In this document: positions 45,550 through 56,564 of the stretch, in pieces
Layout of the letters: each line of letters opens with the position of its first letter
Position numbering within the stretch: the first letter of the stretch is position 1
Source: Klebsormidium nitens
Taxonomy: Eukaryota > Plantae > Klebsormidiophyceae
NCBI GenBank assembly: GCA_000708835.1
Contig: DF236982.1
Span: 62,001 to 126,000 of the forward strand
Reading direction: 5' to 3'
DNA length: 64,000 nt
Made by a program: the position numbers and the translations under genes
Notes under the pieces: generated by a model
Database searches by the model: none
What the model was told of the DNA's origin: nothing
What the model saw: the letters and a program-made list of their open reading frames with translations, nothing else

Positions 45550-46969
45550 CTTAGAACCAGCCATTGAAAGCACCTAAGTGCTCCCCAGATGAACATAACG
45601 AGAGGCGTCGGATTTGACGACTCTTTATCATAACTGTAGCCTTGATTCGAAGGTGCCCGGCGAGACCGAGGCGGCAATAAATAGAGGACTACATCACAAT
45701 TCGAAAGACTCCATTAAGCTAGCCCTAATCTAGATATGGTCAATGGGACGACGCGAGGTATGGATCTGTCAATTTAGATACCCCATTGAGAAGCAACGCG
45801 ACTATTGAATCAACGTTAATAAGCTTTCATGCACGTGAGCTGAAGTTCTCTTGTGTGAATTGAAGGATTGAGATTCATGCAGTCCAGCCGTCAATTGCAA
45901 CTGCCGCATGAGATGTGACTTTTGCGAATCAGGACCGTACAGGCTGCCGCCGCGTACATGGCATGCTACCGTTTTAACTCGACACAGTGATGGGATAAGC
46001 GCCGTCCCAGGAGAAATGTCGGATATATAGTCAGATGCATTTATAAATGCCTTACATGCACTTCCCAAGCTTACTAACTTTCTAAGCTTTTATCCACGAC
46101 TCAAGACAGATACACTGAACGCAGTAACAGCGATCGCCGTGTCCGACGTCTGAGTCTTAACGTGGCGGCAGCCGCGTGTGGGGCCTGCAGCGCAATTAAG
46201 CTGCCGCCTCAACATATATGTTCAGAACAGGGCGCCCCCACCTACCAATCCATGATGTGTGTTGCAATGTCGCACATGGTACGTAAGTGTATGCCTCATC
46301 CGCGTGGACCTCGCGCGGCGGAGGTACATACCGTTACATATGACGGTACGTTATATGTCTAATTATCAGTACTAACCATGTGCAATGTGAAGTCGGAGCC
46401 GGCATGATAGCCGGCACACTGTCCTCGAAATGGTTCTACAACTCAAAGCAGCCAATTGACAACAAGTCGCCGGCGTGAAGATCTAACCACGTCACATTTG
46501 GTACCAAATTTCGTTCTTGTGTGGGTGACTTTTCAAGTAGTCATCGAGTATATGGCTCTCTGCTAAACAATTCCTTCACAAAAAGAGTCTCTGATGCCAA
46601 CATTCTTAACGTGCCGGAACGATGTTTTTGACCGGATTGAAGACCAATGTTAAGTAGACGTTATTGGATTGAAACATACAGCCGATAAGTTTCTCGCTAT
46701 ACATAAACCCGCCCCTAAAAACCCGCCCCCTAAGGCATCGTTCCTCCTTTGACTTGAACCAATAAGAGTCAAACTCGGAGTGATAGAGCAAGGCAACTTA
46801 GTGGAACTCTCGTCCTACAACAAAAACCTGAAAGCCATGACCACCAAATATTGTATCGGTTGTCAAGTCGGCCCTCAAAAGTAGCAAATCCCGTTCCCCT
46901 CAAAACTTTCTAGCCTCAATTACGAGCACTTACTGCCTAACAACTCTTATTCAATCCACGAGCTCCCTT

Positions 46970-49900
46970 CTAGCCACCAAAGGTCATCGTGCCAGCCGTC
47001 CCCGCCAGGCTCCGCGCACGAGCAATCCCGCCACTAATTGCCCGTGAGACTTTCTCGGTGGCATCGTCGTCGTTTCCAAGGTACGTCCGGTTCTCCAGCG
47101 CCTCGACGATGGGCTCCCCTGCCGCCATCCCTAGTTTGCCGATCAGCGCGCCCTGGATCATGCTCCGGGTGCCGGGGAGGAGCTCCGACTCGGAACTGGT
47201 CGCCAAAAGGTGGGCCTGCTTCAAAAGCAACTGCGGCGACAAACGGGGAGTCAATCTTTGATTGCCGGGTCTGAGAGCGCCCCAAAATGGCGCTACACTA
47301 GTATCTGAAAATAGTTTAGATAGTAGTATGGATTAGAACCAATCGCCAGATCAGGGGCCTGATTTAGGGGAGCAGCGTTAACTGCGGCGACAAAAAAGAG
47401 AAAGGAATCTGATAAATTGGCCTTAGGAGTCAGCGGCCCCGAATGGGTTGCTTTGGTTTCGTGATGCGGGTCTGACTCGGAACTGGTCGCCAGAACGTGG
47501 GCCTGCTTCAGCAGCAACTGCGGCGACACGTGGAGAGTCGGCTTTTGTTCAGTGGTTTTAAAAGCGCCCGCGAAATGCGTCCTTTTTGTTTAAGATGTTC
47601 GTCTGAATTGGAACTGGTCGCCAGCACGTGGGCCTACTTCAGAAGCAACTGCGGCAACACAAAGAGAGACAAATCTAAAGAAGGCGGTTTGATCAGTGCC
47701 GTCGAAAGCAAAGATTTGGTTTCGTAAATATGGGTTGTCCGTAACCCAATGTCGGGCGACAAATTGGAATTAGTGCCAATGGTTGCCAGAGATAAGACCG
47801 GAATCTCGAGCAACCGAAAGCACCTGGCGTTGCGCAAAGCTGGCTTTCCCTTAAAACCAGAGTGACTCGCGTGAAGTCATCTCACAACCAACAAAGTGCC
47901 ATGCGAACAAGATGAATAGGTGGACAGTCGAGAGAACTTTGCTGCTTCGAGCGTCTACAAGGCATCCAGATCAAACGATAAGAACCCTTCAGCTTAACCC
48001 CCCCATCTGATGCGCGTACCTTTTCGATTAACGCGAGATGCAATTCAGGTTAACCCTTTATCCGTGTTTAACCAACTCAACATCCTGTCAGAAAAGCTCC
48101 TGCGTACCGGATTGATCTCGGGGTGGTTCTCCAGCTGCTGCAGGGCGCTCCGCTGGTCTTCGGTGAGGTCGGAATCGGAACCGGAACCGGTGTCGGGAGC
48201 GGAACGGGAACGCTCCACGCTCCGGGAGCCGCCGCCCAGGAAACCCGCGGCCGCGCTGCCGGCTTTGCCGATCGTCGACTCGTTCTTGACGCGATCGAAG
48301 CCCGCCTGATAAAATAGAAGCAGAGGACGGCTTCGCTTTGAGATGTCAGTCTACTTGAATACAAGACGAGATGCGTTTGCTGTGAATCACAAAAGCAGTG
48401 GTGCGTGCGTCCTTTTACCAAACAACGCCGCTATTTGCGATCCAGAACGGAAGATTTGCCACCTGCTAACCAAGGAAATCCTCTGTAAATACTGTAGTCA
48501 CGCCCATAGTGTTTCGCTATTCTTCGGGCTCAGACGTTCAGACAAGCACGTTCTGTAAGCCCAATCACCATGAGGGACCCGTCATATCCATCTCCAAACT
48601 GGACTGAAGAACCCAGATCGCTAACTCGAAGCCTCAGCTTGGATCATAGAAGAAAGATCCGAGATTCCATTGAGCACCTGCAGAGAGTCCTGCCACGTGG
48701 CACCGCTGTTGAACGCGTCGAGCGCTCCGTGGATCGCCTGCTTGGCGGCGTCCTTGGCGAGCGCCGTCCCGGTCTTGGCGGCCCAGCTGCCCGCCTTTCC
48801 GGCGGCCGTCTTCAGCATGTCCAGCAGGCCGCGGTCGCCGGAAAGCTGCGCCGCGGCCGCGAGCGCGCTCGGGGCGTCGTCGCCCGCGAGGTACGCCAAG
48901 CGCTGTAGAGGAGGAGGGGCGTGAGGTTAGTATGAGAGCGAGAGACAAGCTATTAAAACCGAAGGGACAGCAATCCTCACGAGGGAAAAACGTTCGTGTT
49001 CAGTCAGATGTGACGGTTCCACCACTTGTAGAGAAGGTTTGCAGATCCGAAGAGGCTTGGTCTGCTCCCAAAACCAACCTCGGGGCGAGAAGTGCAATTT
49101 CAAGTGGGCGGATTGGAGAAGGAGCTTGAGTTGACTCACTGATCAGAGTTGATATGCAATCTGCTTGCTATCAATCTGTTACTTTGATTCTTCAGCGAGC
49201 ACGTGCGCTCCGTCCAGTTCGCACTCTTCAGCAAGTGGCACGCCAGGGACCCGATCGATGAGTTTGCTGAAAGAAAGGAGGCTTTCGACATACCGCCAAA
49301 ATCCGGCTTCTAGTGTCGGCCATCGAAAACCTAACGAAACGAAAGATTGCAAATAATTCTTCAGCGGCCTCAAGAGCCTCGCCTGGTACGCCAGCCCGAT
49401 CTTGGCGTCGTCAGTTGTCCTCTGCAGTTCGGCGACCAGGGGGATCCCCCGGGGCCCGGCCACGGCAACTAGGTTGGCGAGCACGACGTTGCTCTCCGCA
49501 GCCTTGGCTTCGATGTCCCGGTTGCCGATCAGGCTGCCAACTAGGTTGAGGCCCGCCCCGGCGCCCCCCATGAGAGCGCCCGGTAGGCCGCCGCCCATAC
49601 CGCCCTGTAGGATCCCCATGCCGACGTTTGCGATCCCGCCGAAGATGTCGCCGAAAAGACCTGCAAACCGACGAAGAAAGGCGCGGTGACTTAGAACTAG
49701 GCGTGAGGAAAGAAGCAGACACCAAAACATGGCGCCGTTTGCGATCCCGCCGAAGATGTCGCCGAATAGACCTGCGACCGACAGAGATAGGAGGTGGTTA
49801 AGAACCAGGCTTGAGGAGGGGATTGATACGAAAAAAGGGTAGTGCATGGAAAAGTCGCCGGAAAGACCTGCGAACCGACGACGAAAGGGGGTGGTTCTGG

Positions 49901-52900
49901 AACTAGGCTTGAGGAGGGGTCCAAACGGACAAAGGGCTGCGCATGGAGAAGTCGAGGTGGAAACAGAAGCCCGTGGGAAGGAAAATAAAAAGCCTGTCGT
50001 CGGAAGAAAGAAGCAGGGACGAGAGCGGGAAATAAAGACGGAGAGGCCGTGGTTCGAAAAGAAGCCACAGTCGGACCCGCTACACAAGTCGAAGTATCTG
50101 CTGCTGAAAGAAAGCAAGCCGCAGAGGAATAGAGTCAGTGCAGACAAACTTGCGTGTAGATTTAGATCTCCATTTCAGATTCCTTAAGAATTCATACAGG
50201 TTATCATTGCTTCAAATGCCGAACGAGGGCGAAATACTTCTAAGTCCGCGAATTTCCCCGTCCAAGTTCCATCGACCCGCAAAGCACAGATCAAGCTGTG
50301 CTTCAACAAAGCAATTTGCAAATATACGACACTGCATGCACTGTTGACAGAACGGTGCAATCCCTATCGAATAGGCTTTAGGCAGACTGAATCTATGATA
50401 CAATGGGTCACGTGAATGAGGCTAGAACCAAACCCGTTTCCCCACCTCTGTCCCCGGTCGCGACCGCGGCCGCGTGCAGCCCCTCCACGCCGCCCAGCGC
50501 CGCGATCTGCGCGAGGGCCTCGTTTTTGGCGGCGTCGCGCACGGCGCCCCTCTCTTCCGCCAGGAACCGCACGATCTCCGCGCCAGCAGGGCCCACCGTC
50601 GCCAGCACGCGATCGACGGACGCCTTTCCGCCGGACGCCCAACTGATGCCGTCCGAAAGAGCGCCCAAACCAGCCTGCTGGAGCGTCGCGGTGACGTCAT
50701 CGGGGAGGCCCGCGCGCGAGCCGCGGGTTTGGGGTGGCAGCCCGAGGTCCGCCTGGGGATGAGGGGTCAGGATTTGGGTTTGATGCGGTTAGGAGCGGTT
50801 AGGAGTTGGTTAGGAGCGGTAAGTTTCAACACGGCTGGAGTGTGTTTGGGGCGCTGCGCGTTCGGGGCCAGCCCGAGGTTCGCCTGAGACTAGGAAAAGG
50901 AGAGTCCGAGAATTGGGTCAATGGGAGGGAAGGATGGCTTCAGGGCGGAAATGGACAGAGGGTTGAGAAAAGGTAGGGAAACTGTGTCAAGGGCCTCGAT
51001 CAAGTTACTTCGACGTGGAAGCCAAAAACAGCAAACAACGTCTTTCACAAGACAGCGCGCTAGCCTGGACGATGGGAATAAGGAGGAAAGGGACAGGAGC
51101 AGATGCAATCAGAACCTGAGTCAGGCAAACGTTCTGTGATGGAAAAGAGAATCAGGATGTTTACCAGAAATGGTGGTCTTCAAAAAGTCGTCTCGGTTGA
51201 AGGACGAGAAAGTTCCCGGCATTTGGGACAAACGAAGAGGAGTGGGGCGAACAACCAAAACGTCACGAAGACAGGGGACGCACTTTGAGTTTGTGACGGG
51301 CCGGGGATAAAAAGCCAAGACAGATAACGCTATTAGAAGGATTAGACCGTCGTTCGAACGAGAGCCAAAACGTATTGGAGTAGATCGAGAACGAAAGGTG
51401 AAGGTTCTATGAAAGGAGGGGACGCGTAGGAAAAGATCGAATTGAGCAGTCAAGAAGCAAAGAGACAGGGAGGGGTGAGCGCCGAGGGAGAGTACGTAGC
51501 TGGTATTTGATGCCATGACCATAAGGAAGCTCGGGAAAAAAGGCTGGCTTTGCGGAAACGTTGAAGCACTCGCACAAGTTTTCGGCGAGCTTTCACTGCG
51601 TTTTTGCTCCGCTTGGCAGCTTTGCCCGTGCTTTGCCCAGATTGTGGACTCCAATGTTGATTGGATAAAAAAGTCCGGTTGGACACGATACACTCAAAAA
51701 TGAATTGGGTAACAGTCCCCCTTCGAAGTACTCACCCCAATCGCGTTCTCGAGGTCGTGCAGGTTCTCGTCGACTGCCTGCATCTCGGGTTCGGCCGCCG
51801 CTACGTCGGCAACTAGAGCGACGCCTCCCAGCTGAGCCAGTCCCTGCGGTTGAACGAACGAATGTGATAAGCTGGAAAATCGACTGTTTTGCGGTTGGGA
51901 GAGATAGACATCGGACAACTAGATCGACGCCCCCCAGCTAAGACCAGCCTTTGCAGAACGAACGAATGTATTAAGCTGGAAAATCGACTATGCTGCAGTT
52001 GGGACAGGAAGACATCGGACAACTAGATCGACGCCCCGGCCCCCTGCTAAGAACAGCCTCCGCCAGAGGAAAGCCGAGTCTAGCCGTAACATTCTGAAGA
52101 GACACATTCTATGACTCGCACCTGGCTAAGCCCCCAGACGTCTTTTCATTCACTTAACTTCTTTGTGTCGAAGCCAAAGAGACTGTCAACTGGTCTGCAT
52201 TGACATTGCCACTCTTTGCAGGTCAAAGGCCTTGTAAGCGAAACACCATATCAACACAGCCTTTTGACCGCTCGTTGAGGGGCTGCCAGTTCAATCCAGA
52301 AGATCAAACCCTTCAGCAAAACCAGTTTCGGAGCATCACAAGTCTGAATGTCAGGGCTCGTTAGCTCTGATTGTCCAAATCTGGAGACCCCACCTCAAAG
52401 AGCAAGCTGATCCTGACTCTACGGTAAACCTAAGACTACAATCAGAATCGAAGTAAAAATGAGAAATGAAACTTAGGATGATGTAAATATAAAATCAAAA
52501 AGAATCAAAGCCAGAGCTCGCTAGGGTACCTGGGTGAGCGCGTCAAAGTCGGCCTGAGTGTTCAGACCAAAGGCAGCCGCAAGGGGCGAAATCAGGCCGC
52601 GAGTCGCACGGGGCCCAGTAGTACCATTGACTCTGGCAAGGTTGACGTCATCGCCGAGAAGAGATGCAGCAGCGTGCACCGCGTCTAGACCACCGATCGC
52701 TGCCAGCTGGCACACAGAGACGGAAAAGCAATGAGAAGGGGTCCCGAACTTGTGCATCACGACAGAGTGGCCAAGAGTGCACTGCAACAGAGTGGCGGTT
52801 AGACTTCTACAAATGTGGCAAAGGGATAGGGGCCCCCCATCTCTGGGGAGTTGCAACGAGCAAGCAACCTGCTTTGCAGTGTCAAAGCAAATGTGAATGA

Positions 52901-53543
52901 GACAAAGCACAAATGCAGCGGTGAGAGCTCTTAAAGAAGCCTTTGCAAGCCCTCTTACAGGGCTCCAACTCAAACCCATTAGCTCCTGACCTCAGCAGAC
53001 TGCGCCCTTGGGCAGATTCAATCAGCAGACTGAGCCCTTGGGCAGATTCGATCAGTGCAGGCATCTCACCCCTTTGTACAGATCATTGGTTTCCTTCTGG
53101 CTCCCAGATTTGCCCAATTTCGCCATCCTCGTAACAACCTCCAGGCCCCTTGCGCCAGATGCCGCCAGCAGCCGCGTCAGGTGCATTCGGGGCGCGTGAT
53201 CCAATGTGGGGCCGCCGCGTGTGGGGGCGCTTGAGAAGTCCCTTGCCGAGGTGGGGGGAGGACGTGCGGAGGGCTTGGAGGGAACGTAAGGGGGACGCTC
53301 AGGGCGACTGGGGTCTCTCGCGCCAACCTCCCGACTGCCACCTTCCCTTGTAGGGGGGTCTGCTGGCAGGTATTGGGGAGCCCATGCGCGCGCCCCCCTG
53401 GAAGACGATGTTGCGGCCCAGGGGGAGCGGTCGCTCTTGATTGAACGGGAAAAGGCGGTGGGATCAAACTCGCGGAAGAGGCTCCCGCTGTCGGTGAGGT
53501 CTCGGGGGCTCGACCTCCCGGGGGTGGACGCGTTGAACGCCAT
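46970..53543 (-). CDS. Uncharacterised ~675-aa Gly/Ala-rich helical-repeat protein
   Basis: Eight phase-consistent exons: 53543-53070, 52706-52530, 51843-51736, 50752-50446, 49660-49383 (GC donor), 48902-48678, 48305-48108, 47230-46970. About four internal repeats of LAxxGGxxxLxAAAxxxGD. I recognise no known family. Confidence 0.75.
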
Positions 53544-53888
53544 TGCTGGTGTGGAGCTCAGCGCAAGGAAAGTGGGCCGAATGCGGTGTTGAGATACGGG
53601 ACTCAGGATATAGGGACACGATGGTAGCTGGCGGCGGGTGTTTGGTCAATGCGATGCTTTGCTAGGGAGCTTTGTAGCGTCTGGGGCTGAGATGTAGGGA
53701 GTGGCAAGGTGGACTCTTATGCCATTGACAATTGCAGCTTGCAAACCGTTGTGGACAAACGTTTGCTTTCTAGAGCCAAAGAGCCAAGGGAAGGGGAAGC
53801 AAAGGCGGCTCCGATTGGCACTACCTGTTTGCCAATCTTGCCTTCAGCGACCGCAGCTTGTAAACCACTTTGAACTCTGAAGCATCAG

Positions 53889-54950
53889 GTACTTTCTCAG
53901 GTACATAATGCATCGCTCGAGTACGTTAGTCCTTCGATCGAACTTCGAAGCCAGCTCAGCTCTAGTGTGAGGTGAGTGTGGGCACTTTGAGACAGGAAGC
54001 CCTCGTCGAAGCTTGTACGGCCTAGCTGAAGCAGACTCCCTAGTAGTAGTAACAGGTACCTATGACAACCGTAAATGAGATTGCTCCTTTCATATCCTGG
54101 TACGGTGTACCTACCACCAAAAACGGGGACCCACCGTTGGAGCACCAGACTCAGTACATACCTTATACGGTGTTCAACTGTAACCCGCAGCACTTACTGC
54201 GGCTCCAACGGTGTCACAAGGATGGTAGGATTGCAACCATGAAATGGATGCAATCCTGGATATTAAACCCAAACTTCAAAGTTCAGCCCTTGTGTACCTA
54301 TTCTATGCTCAGCCAATCCGTGCAGAGGAGATGACTCCGCACCTGACAGTGCTACTACCGTATGTACCGTCCTGACTCCCGACTCCTCAAAAACCTACAC
54401 AAAGTTGAAAGTATCCATCATGCACGTCAGCCGCCGAACGTCGCGCCGCATGCCTCGAATCGCGATGTTTGCGCACGCGGCCCTGCGGATAACAGTGGCC
54501 GTCATCCGGGATTTCAGGTGATTAAAAGTATGTGCCGTACAGGTTGCGCCGTTAAAACGCAAACCTCAGTCTTGCCGTCGATGGGCTCTGAAAGTTCTTA
54601 CTCGCCGTCCAATCTCAAGAGTACGATTATTAGTCGAACAGGCACACGCGGCTTCGGTCGACGGTCGACCATCGTGGTCACAAAGATGACGACATGTCGT
54701 ACGGTCTCGAACGTACAACAACGGTACGGGTTCGAATAGGTACTGTACCAAGTAATACCAACTACCTGAATACGGTACTAGCCCGGGCCCCGCAGTGCGC
54801 ACCGCGCTGCCGCGTAGCCTCCACTCTACTCACTGTACTCAGGTACCTAGCTAGGTAGGTAGTACCAATGAGTTTGTGTTTCGGGCTCCGCCAATCGAAG
54901 TCGTGACTGTGACGATTGCATGTCAGGCTACCACGCCCGTTTTGTACTTC
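53889..54950. promoter_or_regulatory. GTAC-dense, palindrome-rich block in the divergent interval between the helical-repeat gene and the metacaspase
   Basis: About 22 GTAC in ~1.06 kb (hand count, ~4 expected). 12-bp inverted repeat 54132-54143/54202-54213 and 14-bp palindrome tacctagctaggta at 54844-54857. Confidence 0.35.
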
Positions 54951-55221
54951 GCGTTATCTTTTGTCAAAAAGTATGTATTGTATATGTAGTGTCGAAACCC
55001 CCCTCCCCCGACGTAACGCCAACCATATAACAGATAGTATGCATACTCGACTGGCACGTTCAGACTGCGTAACGTCCTAGGGCGACCCGAAACCAGTCTG
55101 CGGCCCTTCAACAGACTGCCGAAGATAACGCGATAGAGTGACTTCTGTTACACAGTGTACACAAGAAGAGCGTACATGGTGTACTCTTGACACGTGGCCT
55201 GACTCTAGGAAAAATGCGAAA

Positions 55222-55298
55222 TGCTCTCTAGTGGGATTTGAACCGTCGACCCTCTGCTCTCATATCCAACGCTCCTACCATTTCGGCCAATAACAAAC
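55222..55298 (-). pseudogene. Decayed tRNA-like sequence (tRNA pseudogene or tRNA-derived SINE head)
   Basis: Minus strand has A-box-like TGGCCGAAATGG, B-box GGTTCAAATCC, a 3' acceptor-like arm TAGAGAGCA and a downstream TTTTT. Acceptor, anticodon and T stems carry mismatches, so no isotype can be assigned. Confidence 0.6.
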
Positions 55299-56564
55299 CA
55301 ACTCACAAAAGGTCAATCACAAAATATACACACAATACAAGAAGCCACGAGAGCAGATTGAAACCGTCGATAGACATCGACGGTTCACGCCGCTCAAGGG
55401 TTCACCTAATGCATTCTCCGACTGCAAAACGTACGCGTAATCCGCGTACATGTGCAGTACTCCATAATCTTGCGAAATGTACAGACTTGATGTGTAAATG
55501 CGCCCTTTGGAGCCAAATCTCTCCCTCCTTTCAGTCAGCCCCGCCTCTTATCTTAGTCTGCCCTCTTATCTTCCCTTATCTGCCTATTCCCACTTTTCTC
55601 GCCTCTCCGTTCTCCCGGCGTTTGGAGTAGGGGCCTGTGTGGCCGCGCTGGCATGTACGGCAGGTGGGTATTCTGCAGGTAGTACCTAGTACCCTTTCTG
55701 AGGAGAGCTATAGCCTATAGGTATATAGGCTCCGCCAGCAACACTCCGAAGCAGGGGTCGGCATATAATATTGACGGGGTCGGCTTGAAGCCGGGTACTC
55801 TGGCTTCCAGTTGGATTATCAATTGTTATCGGCCATTTCTCCCGGCTTCAACCCCGCCCTCTCCAGGTATGGGTCGGCTTTTCAGCCGGGTACTTGTCGT
55901 TGCCGTCGGCTTTTGGAATTTCCACCCCGCTTCGGCCGGCTTTTGCCGCATGCGACTCCTGGGACTGCAATGGCAAGGGTCCCAATCCAGTCACTCTGGA
56001 GTCTGGATCAAGCCGCTTTGGTACTGAGAGTAAGCTTCACATACCTACCTAGCAGCTTCTGACAGACTGTACTTACTTCTCTGTCGTTTGCAAACTGGTC
56101 ACCCTTGTCCTGCATTCGTGCCTAGGTAGCACCGTGCACCCACCTAGGCACGTCAGTCAGGATACCATGAGATGCTGTGGCGGCCGGACAAGTGTGAAGA
56201 GCCGAAGTGTTGCTATTTACAATGGTTCACCGTACAGATAGTAACTCGAAGACGACAGCAACTGCATAATGCAGATGAGTTCAACACTCTCTGCAGTGTT
56301 CACACGGGGACCAAGGATGATGGCATGCTTCAGCTTGGCAGCTGCTAGTCGCCAACCGTGTCTTTATGGCTTCCTTCTTCAGTGATCGCCAAAGTTGACC
56401 CTGCTAAACAGGACCTTCGTACAAACCTCAAATCCTTCCTTTCTCCAGCTAGCGGCTTCTGACAGCTAAATACCTAGCAGCATACTCCCTCCAGGCGAAA
56501 TGTTTCCTTGACAAAAGCCCCCTTCCTATTTCCCCCCCTCCCACTGTCGCCCCCTGCTGACGTC

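Noticed and set aside
49179-50147. 322-aa minus-strand ORF as a single-exon membrane protein
   Set aside because: It is read-through of pyrimidine-rich intron plus echoes into the true exon 49660-49383; the hydrophobic N-terminus is intronic.
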